DNA from: the human T2T-CHM13v2.0 reference genome, Homo sapiens
Length of the DNA: 64,000 bases
Strand: one strand, 5' to 3'
NCBI RefSeq assembly: GCF_009914755.1
Contig: NC_060932.1
Part shown: positions 15,200 through 27,999 of the stretch, piece by piece
Position numbering within the stretch: the first letter of the stretch is position 1
Layout of the letters: each line of letters begins with the position of its first letter
Made by a program: the position numbers and the translations under genes
Notes under the pieces: model-generated
What the model was told of the DNA's origin: nothing
Databases searched by the model: none
What the model saw: the letters and a program-made list of their open reading frames with translations, nothing else

Positions 15200-15620
15200 C
15201 AAGTTTCCAAAATAATAGTTTTTTTTTGCCCATTTTTCCTTTGGATTTTTTTCTACTTTCTTGTTGAGTCACTGGAATTATTAATGTGTTCTGGCTATTG
15301 ATCCTGTGTTGTAAATGTCTTCTCCCACTGTGAGTCTTTTCCTTTTGATTTTCAAAATTTGGGACATGTCTATGAAATATATTCCCCCTACTTTCCTTGA
15401 AAATGCAATAAAGGTATTGTCCTATATTCTCTCTTTAAAATGTTTAAGGTTTTCTACTCAGTTAAATTCTTGGTCCATTTGGAATTGAATTATTCAGAAA
15501 CAGGTATCTTTCTTTTTGGTTTTTCAGATGATGCTCAATTGTCCTAGCATAGATACTGAAAATTCTATGCTTGCTTTACTTTTCTGCAATGCCAATTGCA
15601 CCATATATTGGGATCAATTA
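15200..15620 (-). mobile_element. Old L1M fragment
   Basis: Antisense L1 ORF2/3' motifs (ttgccattttcc, tgtaaatgtcttctcccact). Confidence 0.55.
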
Positions 15621-15629
15621 ATAAATAGT

Positions 15630-16910
15630 ATAATGGATTGTATTCCCTAAGAACGATTTTGGCCTGAGGATTTGGGTGCAAGTAGCTCATTTGGAAAGTG
15701 ATTCTTAGGGGTCAGGGAGGAGGTGAGGAAACAAGGATGTAAACCAAGGAAGGGAAGGAAGCAACTAAAAGATACATAATCTAGCCAATCATGACTGAGT
15801 AATTGGGACCAGTTTCACTAAGAACTCAGGGAGACAATAAAGAACTGGCCTCAGAGGCATCCCAGACTAGGTGGGAGAAAGCTGGCACATTTAACTGCTC
15901 ACTCCTCTAACATTGACTGAGGTCTGTTTTCAGGCAAACTGACTCCCTGCCCTTTTAACTTGTCCTGAACATGGTCAAGGCATATTTTAATAGCCAAGGA
16001 AAAATTTTCTAGGCAGAGAGTCACAGGAGTTCACAGTAATTGCCTTCAGCGTGTAGAGGTGAATGGGATCACACTGAGAGTGTCTTTCATGGTATTCCTT
16101 GCTCTTCTCAGAGCCACCTATGGCCCATAATTATTCCACTATTTCCTAACACTCATTCTTCAAGGTTATGACCAGTCACAATTTCTAAAAATGATTTACA
16201 ACAGGAAGACTACTAGGATAAGATATAGTCCCACTGCTGGAGTTGTTCTCACAGCCATAATTGATATTATTTCTATATTTTCATACATATCCTAGATTCT
16301 CTTCCCCATAAAAGAGCACAACTTCTCATGGTAGTTGCTCACCCAGTGGAGAAAGAATGCCTTTTTCTCTGAGGGATCTGAGACCTTGAATATAGTGTTT
16401 TGCCCTTGCTAAGGAGTTTCTTCAGTTGCACATTCCTGGTTATCACCAAGCATGGAGGCAAGTATACACACCCCTGGGGCTTCTCCTTGGTTTCAGATAG
16501 TTGACGTTGTACCCGTTGTGGAGTAAGAAGCCTTGTGATACTCATGTTGATGGTAGAATAGAAGTCCTTGTTAGGTCTGTTTATTGGAATAAAGTCTTCC
16601 AGATGACCATGAAGCAGCCATGGTTTTAGGTTTAGTGTAACTCTTACTGTGTTGTCTTAATAAGAGCACAGTACACCCCTGGAAATCAGACATCGGTTCC
16701 TGCAGAATATTATACTTCAGGGAGAGTTATCTACAGAAGGATAACTAGTAGAGAAATTGGAGTGCTCTTTTTTTTTCCTACTTTTTATTTCCAACACACA
16801 TGCATTGTACCTATTTAAGAATGCAGGACCATTTAATAGCTTTTTGTGGTATATAAGGCATCTTGAAGGACAGTTACTCTAACCTCAGAATGTCTCATAC
16901 CCATGATGCA
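15630..16910 (-). mobile_element. ERVL LTR (LTR33/LTR16-like) plus adjacent degraded ERVL internal sequence
   Basis: aggatttgggtgcaagtagctcatttggaaagtgattc and aaggaagggaaggaagcaactaaaag resemble LTR33/16; 16080-16910 resembles the ERVL pol 3' region. Confidence 0.55.
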
Positions 16911-16929
16911 ACTTAAAAACTTTATTCTA

Positions 16930-18301
16930 GAAATTTTATTTTAGACATAGAGTAAATGGGACCAGACATACCACCCCCCTGGGCTTAAATAGAAAAATGG
17001 GGAAAAATTTTAGAAAGCGAACAATAGGCAATATGGAACTGTGATCCTTGAAGCAAGGGAAATAAGATGAGTTTTGTGTTCACTCCAGATTTCTGCCTGG
17101 AAGAATTTCTGTAATTTAGTGCAGGAAGAGTAAACCTATGCAAAGCACGACAGTCTTACCAAGTTGGAGAGTCAGAAATCAGAGAACCTGGGGGCTATAC
17201 TGGAGTAGAGGCTGCTAGATAGATAAAGGGGTTCATAGATATGATTGGGGCATTTGAGTCTCTTGCTGAATATGAAGCTGTGCATATATTAGGGTAAAAT
17301 TTCACAAGACATGGAAAAGTATGTTATGAGGCTGTAGGCTGACCAATTTCCAGAGCTCACATAGGGCTGAGAGGTATTTGAGTTTCAACCCCCAGGGGGG
17401 AGAGTCCTCACTGAATTCACAAGGCATGGGGTATAGACTACAGAAATGTCACACCTTACTAGTAGAACTAAACTAGTCCTAAAGTAAAACTACTGTAGAT
17501 ATAATCTAAACAGAGCTGTTTTTTTAAAAAAATCACTTGACATAAAATGCATCTGTAAATAATTTAGCTGCTTTCTGGAATGAAGTTCAATGATTACTAA
17601 AGCAAGACAATATTTAGAACTCAACAATGCAGAATTCAGATTCCACCATCCAATCAAAATGTATTAGACACCAGAAGACTCAGGAAGATGTAAACCATAA
17701 GTAAAAGAAAAAAAAAATCAGTAGAAATTTACCTGGAAATGACAAAGATGATATAATTAGAACAGACAAGGAATTAAAAAGTTAATTATGAGTATTTTCA
17801 GGAATTTAAAGAAAAGCATGAACATGAAGAAGGGAGAAAAGAAACGTATAAACTGGAAACAAAACTTTCAGAGCTTAAAAAATACAGGTGTTAAAAAATT
17901 TCCTAGACGGGATTAAAAAACAGATTGAGCCCTGCAGAAGCAATCAGTGAACTCAAACACATAGCAATAAAGACGATCCAAACTGGATTACAAAATGAAA
18001 AATACTTTAAAAAGTAAAATCTAAGGCAATAGTGGAAGTTTAAGAGTGTTCATAACTGAAACAGAAAATTTTTGAGAAAAGTAGGTATCTTTTCCAAATT
18101 TAGAAAAAATATAAAAGATTCAAGAGTATCTTACACAAGATAACTGTAAAGTCACACAATACGCACTGTAACTAAGTTACTGAATACTAGCAACAAGAAA
18201 AAACATTTATAAGCAGCCAAAGAAAAAATAGTATGCATCTCATGGCAACAAAGGTAAGAAATTTTTTTTCTCAGACTTCTCAACACAAAGGATGCAAGCC
18301 A

Positions 18302-18339
<38 letters not shown>

Positions 18340-19580
18340 GGATTACATCTTTAAAGTGTGAAAAGAAAAAAAAACCTATATCCAATGGGAGAAGTACTCA
18401 AAAATAAAGGTGGAAAAAAATTCTTCAGAATAATTAATACTGAGAGATTTGTAGTTCTTTAGAAAGAAGGAAAATTAAATCAAATTAAAAAGTGTATTTA
18501 CACGAAGGACTGGAGAGTGCCAGGAATAGTAAGTATGTGAGTAAACATGAAAGATTTTTCCTATTTTTTGTTTCTGTAATTTAATATATATTTTTGAAAG
18601 CAAAAATACAGTAAGTTGTATTTTATAATATATGTACAAGTAAAGTGAATAATAGCAGCACAATGGAGGAAAGGGCAGAAAATGGATGTGTACTATTATA
18701 CATATACTATTATGCATAGATTTTTCATGATGTATAATATTGGTTAAAGTTAGATTGTGGTAAGTTAAGGATGCATATGGTAAACTTTATAGCAAACAAT
18801 AAGAATACGTGTTTTTCAGAAGGAAGTATAGTTAATGAGTGGAAATGAATTTAATAGTAAAAATACCATGTTAATCCAAAAGAAAGGAAAATTTATAAAA
18901 GAATCACAAAGAAGAAGGAATAAATAGCAAGGTGGTGTATTTAACCCCAACCACATCAATAATTTCATTAAATGTAAAAGGCCATATATGCAAATAAATG
19001 GGGGACCTTTCAGACTAAATAAAAAGCAACATTCTACTTTATGGTAATTACAAGAAATAGACTTCAGTTAAAGACATGGACTGGTTAGAAGCAAAGGGAT
19101 GAAAAAATACACCCCATTTGACAAGTTTTCTTATGATTAATGTTTGCATGGTATACATACTTTTCTCTCCTGTCTGTCTCATTTCTCCATAATTATTTGA
19201 GTAGACCCGAAAAAAATTGGTAAGACTATAGAAGTCTTGAACAAATCTAAAAATCCAATTGCTTTAATCAAGAATTGTAGCACAAGCTACAGAATAAAAA
19301 CGATATAATACTATTGAAGTGTCCAAGGAACATTAACAAAAAGAACCAATTTCTGGGCCATAAACCAAGCCTCAGAAATTTTAAACAAAAGAGATAATAC
19401 AGGATATAGTTTCTGATTAAATCAGAATTAAGTTAGAAATTAATGCAGAAAGATGTCTTTGGTAATACTAAATATCTGGCAATTAACAACACTTTTCTAA
19501 ATAACCTGAGAATCAAAGAAAAAATTAACAAGAACAATTAGAAAATATTTTAAACTAAATGAAAATATAAAACAAAATTC
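16930..19580 (+). mobile_element. Degraded L1M 5' region, ORF1 and start of ORF2
   Basis: A-rich sense L1 text (aatcagtgaactcaaa; cagacttctcaaca...atgcaagcca; cattaaatgtaaaagg; ctgggccataaaccaagcctca); no intact frame. Confidence 0.7.
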
Positions 19581-19589
19581 TGTGGCATC

Positions 19590-20330
19590 TAGTTTTTACT
19601 TTTACATTTAGGACCATGATTCATTTTTTAAATGCTTGCCTATTCTGTAAAGTAAGTACCCTCTGCCCCCTACCCCCAACATTGATATTCATTTGTTGCA
19701 GCAGCTTTTGCTAAAAGAATACTATTACCCGTGAATCACTTTGGTATCTGTTAAAAACCAATTTATGGTATATTTTTTGGTCTACTTCTTAACTTTTTCA
19801 GTCTGCTTCATTAACCTATATGTCTATCCTCTGTGAATACCACACTATTTTGATTATTTCTGTAGCTTTATAGTGGAACTTTAAGTCATGAGAATGTTCT
19901 TGGGTCCTCTACTTAAAATTTGTTTTGACTATTTTATGTCTCTTTTGCTTCCATGTAACTTTGGGAATAAGCATGGTACTTCCTACAAAAATTGAATTGG
20001 GATTTTGAGAGGGATAAAATACCCTGTTTGTCTCTAGTAATATATCTTATCCTAAAGTTTATTATGTCTGACATTTATATAGTCACTCCAGGTTTCTTAT
20101 GAGTACTCTTTCATTATAAATCTTTTTCTATCCTTTTAACATCCATCTTATCTGTATCTCTATATTTAAATTGCTAAAAGTCTTTTTGAAAGTTTATTTT
20201 AAGCAACATATAGATGGGACTTGATTCTTAATCCAGTGGGAGAACTGGGTCACTGAACCCAATACTCAGTCAACATAAATATCTTAAACCATGCCTTCCA
20301 TCTTATTTTGTTTTCTGTTTATTTTATAGT
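19590..20330 (-). mobile_element. L1M fragments, antisense
   Basis: T-rich L1 motifs (aataccacactattttgatta...tgtagctttatagt; atatagtcactccaggtttctt). Confidence 0.6.
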
Positions 20331-20774
20331 GTGTTTTCATTTTCTCTTTTTTACTTTTGATGTTTTATCTGTTGCTATTGATTTATGGTTTCTACTTTGT
20401 GTGAAGACTTCTAAAAAATTAAGTAAAATGAAGATATCAGCGTTGCCCCTTTACCAATGGGTATTAGTCCCCAGTTGTTTATTGTGATACAAAGTGAGAT
20501 CTTTAGAATGCATTAAACTCCCCTTCTCCCAACTAACTCTAAGAATTGCGATGATATAAACATTTTAATCTATCTGTAATGCATTTTATTTCAGAATCTT
20601 TATTTAGCCCTTACACTAAAAGTTTCAGCCACACCATCATTGTCAATTTAGATTTATCTACTATAAGGTTTATTGCTTAAAAACATTTTGTGTCTTCTTT
20701 CTGTTTTAATTTAGAATGTATATTCTTGTCCATTTGAGCTATTATTTTCTCTTGATTTGCAGCCTTCTGATTCA

Positions 20775-21128
<354 letters not shown>

Positions 21129-21164
21129 TTATCTTAGGTGCTTGCTTTCTCTTTTGCCTACTAT

Positions 21165-21540
21165 GTTAATCAGAGTATAGCCTAGGCTGCATTAGCAAAG
21201 AGACCTAACCCAAGTGGCTCAAACGAGGTAGAAAGTATTTTTTTTTTCTGTCATCTAGAACAGTTTTGGGATTCCAAAGGCTATCTTTGCATTTTCCCTA
21301 ACAATTTTCTCAATTAGTATGTTTTTATGACAGTCCAGGGGAAGAACCTGTGTTTTAAGGAAGTTACCTGAAAGCTGCACATCACTTCTGCTCACATTCC
21401 ATTATATTATTAGTCACATGGCTACACTAATCTCAAAAGAGGTCAGGAAATACAAGTGATAGCCATTACACAGATGAATTTTGGGAAATCTTTCATTAAA
21501 ATAAGCTGAGAAATGGACATTGAGAGACAATTAGAAGTTG
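21165..21540 (-). mobile_element. Old MLT1 (J/K/L-like) LTR
   Basis: agtggctcaaac..aggtagaaagtatttt and gcacatcacttctgctcacattccatt...tagtcacatggc. Confidence 0.6.
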
Positions 21541-22324
21541 TGTTTCTTAGGGCTTTTTTGTTGTTCTTGTCCATCATGGTTCTAGTTCATTTTCTGAGAA
21601 TGTCGGGGCTATGTTCAGCAAATTCATAAGTAGCAGGTGAGCGGACTCTGTTCCTGTTGGCTGTTAATGTGTCATTAACAAATTGTCAGTTCATAGTTGG
21701 GGTGCCAAGAAAGAGATTCTTTGTTTTCTTGTCTCATAAGTTTTGAAGTATAGCCCTTTCTTAACAACCGTGTTGGAAAGTCATCCCATCTCTGTAACTC
21801 GCTTGAAATTCACCTAGAGGCAAGGAAACCAGCAGGTTTCCCAGGACTACTCATAAAGGCAGGCATAGGAGTTCTGTAAGCAAAGTTCTATTTCCTGGTC
21901 TACTCATGCCTTTGTTCTTTCTGTAACTCATCCTGAGGCCTCTTACCATCCTTCTTGCTCTGCACAACACCTATGCTTAGTCACAGCTCATCACTAAAGT
22001 AGCAAATGACAAAAAGAATGGACTTGAATGGCAGGTTTGCCCATGCAGGTGACTGTCCTCACAGCCACTAAAACAAGCAAGCAAGCAAAAAAGGCTTTCA
22101 GATCTTAATAGTAATGTGGGAAAAGCTGTGGCAAATAGAAGCTTGGCATGTCTAAAGTCATCAAGTGAAGGATGGTGATTAGCAGGGTAATCCTACTACC
22201 TGGTAGGCTCAGGTCTCTGATAAGAGCATTTTTAAAGTCCTGATTGAAGAGCTAGATGAACGAAAAAGTTTTCAGTTTAGACCCATTATACTCTGAAATG
22301 TAAATTAAATAAAGTTATTTTAAT

Positions 22325-22452
22325 TCCCTCCCTCCCTCCCTCCCTGCCTTCCTTCCTGCCTTCCTTCCTGCCTTCCTTCCTTTCTGCCTGCCTTCCTGCC
22401 TTCCTTCCTGCCTTCCTGCCTGCCTTTCTTCTTTCCTTCCTTCCTTCCTTCC
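22325..22452. repeat. Compound (CCCT)/(CCTT)/(CCTG) simple repeat
   Basis: Directly visible tetranucleotide array next to the tail of the adjacent Alu monomer. Confidence 0.95.
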
Positions 22453-22465
22453 ATTTTCTTCTTCA

Positions 22466-22623
22466 TTTTTTTTTAATAGACCATTTCTCACTCTGTTACG
22501 CAGGCTGGAGTGCAGTGGTGAGATCATAGCTCACTGCAGCCTCTAACTTCAGGGCTCACATGGTCCTCCCACTTCAGCCTTCTGAGTGGCTGGGACAATA
22601 GGTGTGAGCCACTGCACCTGGCA
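22466..22623 (-). mobile_element. FRAM-like free right Alu monomer
   Basis: Single monomer: caggctggagtgcagtggtgagatcatagctcactgcagcctc...gagccactgcacctggc. Confidence 0.8.
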
Positions 22624-23383
22624 CGTATTTTAATTTCAGTAAGAGTTAAAGGAAAGTGCCAACTTCTCTTATTTATTTGCCTCCAAATCTTTTTAGATTA
22701 TTTATAATTATTTTTATAACATATTCTACCAATCTATGGTGTTCTTTTTAATAAATTGCTATATTTCTATAGAACTGAAAACAAATATATTTACTGTGGT
22801 GTTAATATTGGCAGTCTAGACCTTTAAGTATACATTACGTATATTTTAGTCAAGGCCCCTAATCTTAACAATGAAAAAGTAAATTTTACAATATTTAAAT
22901 GATTTTGATGAGTTCAAATGTTAGTTAGAAAGCTGGGATTGGTTTTCAGGTTTACTGGATCCCACTTCTCCACCTTACGTATAACAAATCGTTATTAATT
23001 AATTCCTTAATGGAATGATTATAATTGTATAGTCTACAAAACAGAACCCCAAACTGTGATTTTAAATGTGTTGATAGCTGTCATAGGTCACGTAAATCTC
23101 AGAGAAAATTGCCAGTTTCTAATTTATTTTATTTTAATACTCAAAGTTATTAAACACATAAAGTTAAGTGCCACAGTATAATAGTAGAATATACAGTACA
23201 AATTAATGACAAAGATAAAAATCTGTCATACAATTATTTGTCAAGTAAACTAATAACCTCTAGGCTCATTCATATAATTCAGTTGTCGTCTTAAAATAGC
23301 CTAAAGTAAGAAACAAACTATGTGGCAGTATAATTGAAATACTTACAACATCAGAGTTGAAGCTGATGTGGTACCAATAAAAT

Positions 23384-23385
<2 letters not shown>

Positions 23386-23419
<34 letters not shown>

Positions 23420-23710
23420 AGGTGGAGTCTTGCTCTGTCGCCCAGGCCGGAGTGCAGTAGCGTGATCTCGGCTCATCGCAAGCTCTGCCTCCCGGGTTTA
23501 CACCATTCTCCTGTCTCAGCCTCCTGAGTAGCTGGGACAACAGGCACCCGCCACCAAGCCAGGCTAATTTTGTTTTTTTTTTTTGTTTTTTCAGTAGAGA
23601 CAGGGTTTCACTGTGTTAGCCAGGATGGTCTTGATCTCCTGACCTCGTGATCCACCTGCCTTGGCCTCCCAAAGTGCTGGGATTACAGGCATGAGCCATG
23701 GCGCCTGGCC
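23386..23710 (-). mobile_element. AluY (CpG-decayed)
   Basis: Long T tract, Y diagnostics, TSD caataaaataattttt at 23375-23390 and 23711-23726. Confidence 0.93.
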
Positions 23711-23774
23711 CAATAAAATAATTTTTAAAATTCAGTTATGAATCATTTTCTTAAATTGTTTCCCTAATAGCAGA

Positions 23775-25610
23775 TTTTTTGGCATAAAATTTATAAACTA
23801 TATAATTTACCATTTAAGCAAATAAGTCAATGGTTTTTAGCATATTCAGTGTTTTTCAATCATTACCATCTATTTTAGAACATTTCAACATTCCCAGAAG
23901 AAATGCTGTATCCATAATGAGTCATACCTTATTGTTCCCCAACCCCTCATCCAGCCCTAAGCAATCCTTCATCTACAGGCTATCTGCATAGATTCTCATG
24001 CTTTAGACATTTTACATAGATGATATCATACAATAAGTGATCTTTTGTGTCTGGCTTCTTTCACTTAGTATAATGTTTTCAAGGTTCAAACACAATGTAG
24101 CATGAATTACTTTTTGAATGAGTGATATTTCATTATGTGTATATGCTGTATTTTATTTTGTACACTTGCCAGTTGATAGATACTTGTCTCATTTCCACTT
24201 TTTGGCAATTATGAATAATACCGGTATAAACATTTATGTATTAAGTTTTTGTTCAGACATACATTTTCAGTTATCTTGGGTATATTACTAGGAATGGAAT
24301 TGCTGAGTCATGAAAACTTCATGTTTAACACTCTTTTAGGAATTGCCAGACTATTTTCTATAGGAGCTGAGCCATTTTACACTCTCCTTTATATGTGAGG
24401 GTTCCAATATTTTTACATTTTCCCCAACACTTGTTATTATGTGTCTTTTTGACAACAGCTATCCTTGTGGGTATGAAGTTGTATCTCATTCTAGTTGGTC
24501 TTGATTTGTATTTCTCTGATGACAACTAATGTTGATTATTTGTTCATTTGTTTATTGGCTAGTTTTAGATCATCTTTGCGGAAATGTTGATTGAGAGATT
24601 TTGTTCATTTTCAAACTGACTTATTTGTCTTTTTACTGTTCAGTTGTAATGGTTCTTTATACAGTTATTATGCAAGTCCCTTAACAGTTACATGGTTTGT
24701 AAATATTTTGTTCAATTCTGTCACTTGTCTTGTGAATTTCTCAGTGATATCCTTTGAAACACATTTTTTCTTTCCTTTTGATGCAGTCAAATTTATTTAT
24801 TTTTTCTCTTGTTACTTGTCCTTTTGGTGTCATACGTAAAAAGGCTTTGCCCAGTTAAGGGTCACAAATATTTATTCTTAAGTTTACTTTTAAGATAGTT
24901 TATGGCTTCACCTCTTAAATGTTGAGTTAATTTTTCTGTGTATGGTGTAAGAAAGGAGCCAAATAAAACTTCATTCTTGAGTGTGTGGATATCTAATTTT
25001 TCCAGAACCATTTGCTCAATTATTATTTGCCCATTTAATTGTCTTGGCATCCTTGTCAAAACAAAATTCCTCATAAACATAACGACAAATTTCTAGACTT
25101 TGTTTTATACTCTTGATGGACATGTCTAAACTATGTCAATACCGTATACTTACACTAACTTTGTAGTATATTTTGAAATTAAGAAGTGCGAGTGTTCCAA
25201 CTTTGTCCTTCTTTTCATAATGTTTTGGCTATTTTTGTTCCCTTGTCAGTTTCTATAAGAAGCCAGCTGGGATTCTGAGGGATTTTATTGAAACTGTAGA
25301 TCAGTTTGAGGAATATTGCCACCTTTACAATCTTAAGTATTTTGATCTTTAAACACGAGATACCTCTCCATTTATGTAGCTCTTCTTTAATTTGTTTAAC
25401 AATGTTTTGTGTTTTGAGAGCATAAATTTTATACTCTTTTGGTTACATTTATTCCCAAGTGTTTTTATTTTGTTTGATGCTATTTTAAACGAAATTGTTT
25501 TCTTCATTTAATTTTTGGTTTATTGCTAATACATAGAAATACAGTTGACTGTTGTACGTTGATTTTTCATGCTGCAACATTGCTGGACTCAGTTATCAGT
25601 TCTTATAATA
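23775..25610 (-). mobile_element. L1MB-type LINE, 3' portion
   Basis: tgtctggcttctttcacttagtataatgttttcaaggttca; aggaatggaattgctgagtcat; gaagttgtatctcatt. Confidence 0.8.
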
Positions 25611-25619
25611 TGTGCGTGT

Positions 25620-26268
25620 ACAAGCTGTTCTTGCTCATTCTTGGGCAGAGGATGAGATACCTATGGCAGGAATTTAGTTTAACTTTAAAACAAAGGTGAT
25701 AACAACACTTACACAAAACTAATTGCCTTCTTATTTAGGGACTAAAACCACCTTTGTAAAACTAACACATTGTCCACAAGGTTAAAATTATGTCTCAGGA
25801 GTCATGTAGCCAGAGGCCACAGATTTGTAACCTTCCTGATTGCTCCTATAGATGATATGATGGTAATAAAACCTAGGGTTAGTATTTGAGATATTTTTCA
25901 GACACTGCATTATGATGTACCAGCTGGTAACACCTGGATTGGCAACTCATACTAAGAAACTGATAACATGTCTTGTAACCCCTACCGAGGAACTGACTCA
26001 GTGCAAGAAGACTGCTTTTACCACCTGTGTTTTCATGCCTGACCCAAACAGGTAGCATTCTCCATTCTCTAACCCACTGACAGCCAAACTGTCATTGAAA
26101 ATTCCTAGTCTCTGAATTCTTGGGGAGGTGAACTTGAGAATTATCTTCTGTCCTTTTACTTGGTTGGCCCTGTCATTACTAAACTCTTCCTTGGCTGCAA
26201 AACTGGTTGCTCTCAGTGCATTGGTTTTGCTATGCAGTAAGCAGGAAGAACCCATTGGCCTGTAATGT
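25620..26268 (+). mobile_element. LTR8-family LTR lacking its first ~75 bp
   Basis: Colinear with the complete copy at 30007-30788 (tgtagccagagg.cac; ttgctcct.tagat; ctgactca; tctcagtg.attgg) but starts abruptly at acaagctg. Confidence 0.8.
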
Positions 26269-26834
26269 AAATAGACTTTCAAAATAGCTTCTATTTTTTT
26301 CTATTTACAAGGAAACCTTCCTTTTGACATTTAAGCTTTATATGCTTTCAAACTGACAGACTTATTCATAGGTTATATCAGCTGTTATTTGCCAAACTTT
26401 TTATCCGGGGACTTTAAAGATAATTCTCTGCAGATTTTTTACACTCTTAATGAATCAACAGTAGGCTCTGTAAAAGGAAATGAAAATGTGCACACTATAT
26501 TTGTTGTATCAGTGAAACTCAATATCACAGGATTAGGAACTCAGAGATTCAAATTTTGAATAACTGGAGGTAGTTGTACATGAAATCATTAACAGCAAAA
26601 AGTTTTGCCTTTCGAAGAGCCTATTTATAAAAACAATTTCATTTTTTATTACAATAAACTGTCAATTGATTCTTTCTCAAACACCATATGTAAATTAATC
26701 ATTGTAAATATTGTGAAAATGATATAGTTTGAGTAATCTTAAAAATCAGATATACCGTAAAACTGTTTCTTGTGTTGGCAAAGGAAATGTGAAAACAGCT
26801 CCTGATGTCGGGTGTTTAACAAGAGTTTTGTTTT

Positions 26835-27463
26835 CCACGGATGAAGGAACTTCTCCTCCCTTTCTTGAAGATTTTTTAATTTTAGTCTATAAAACAAACT
26901 GACAACAGACAGATTAGTAGGAGAAAAGGCATACGAGTCAATTTGTATGCAAATACACAGCAGCCACACAAAATGTGAGACTCCAGGATGAGCCAGATGA
27001 CTGAAGATTTTATACTGTACAGAAATGAGTAGGGGTTTTTAGCTCTTGGAGTGAAGTGGTAACAGGTTATTGGAGGCCGAGGAAAAGAACTAAATAATGA
27101 GCAAAAGCGGTCTGGTTACGCAGATGAAGTCTCCCGAGCAGCAGTCCTCAGAGAGATGGTGTAGCCTTTAGTAAGTTTGTCTGTCAAACCTTGATAAGTG
27201 TCAGACCTTTAGTCTCTTTTTCCTGTGAGTTAATCTTTCCTAGAACCCAAGAAGGCAACCTCAGAAAAAGCCTCTGCCTGCATCCCCTGTTTGTTTTATT
27301 AAAGCAGATAGGTGTATATTTCTTTTACAAAAGGATAGCTTCTCAGAGCTCATTTTGTCTGCCCTTTCTCATCACAACTAACCCAAAATATACCAAAGAA
27401 GCATATTCTGGGTTAGTTGTGCCAAAGAAGCATATTTTGGGGTGGCATATTTTGGTTTCCCAG
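26835..27463 (-). mobile_element. MER34/MER39-family (ERV1) solo LTR
   Basis: Right end gccaaagaagcatattttggggtggcatattttggtttccc is the reverse complement of the MER34/39 start; local duplication of ccaaagaagcatatt.tggg. Confidence 0.7.
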
Positions 27464-27607
27464 TTTCAAAAAATATAAATTAAAATGTTTATTTCTATGG
27501 CAGTTTATGGAAAACACACATAGTGCTCTTCCAGGAAAAGTATGGTTATGGTATATTTCTTATGATAGTAATTTGGTTTAGTAGTGCTACATATTTTCAT
27601 AGTCTCT

Positions 27608-27684
27608 TTGTGAGGTTAGAAGCAAGATGGAGTCAACTATGCCAGATTTATCTCACTGTCATAATTTTTGCAAAGGCACTTTCA
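27608..27684 (-). mobile_element. LTR8-family 5' terminal fragment
   Basis: Reverse complement tgaaagtgcctttgcaaaaattatgacagtgag...gactccatcttgcttctaacctcacaa. Confidence 0.85.
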
Positions 27685-27999
27685 TTTGTCACTTGAAATC
27701 TTTGTTTTAATAATTTTAGAGGACAAAGAAAAAGTTATTTGATTTAGTGGCATTATTATACATTGGTAGTATCAGTGGTTATTCAAAACTTTTAGCCTTT
27801 TCTAGTTAATAATATTTAAAATAAGCCTAGTTATTAAATTCTACCCAGTGTTTGCTTCTATTTCTCCCTGCTTCTGACATTCATTGGTCATTGAAATTAT
27901 CACATTAAAATGTACCTAGAACTGATTATATTTTCAAATCCAAATAGTTGAAGTGAGAAAATAGGGTTTTCATTCTCTAGATTCACAACAGCACTTTCA

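Noticed and set aside
18304-18337. Long A tract suggesting a processed pseudogene tail
   Set aside because: It lies within A-rich L1 ORF1-like sequence with no upstream mRNA-like body or TSD; best explained as an expanded homopolymer.
22315-22527. ORF with repeated GRK/GRQ motifs
   Set aside because: Translation of the tetranucleotide repeat plus the Alu monomer.
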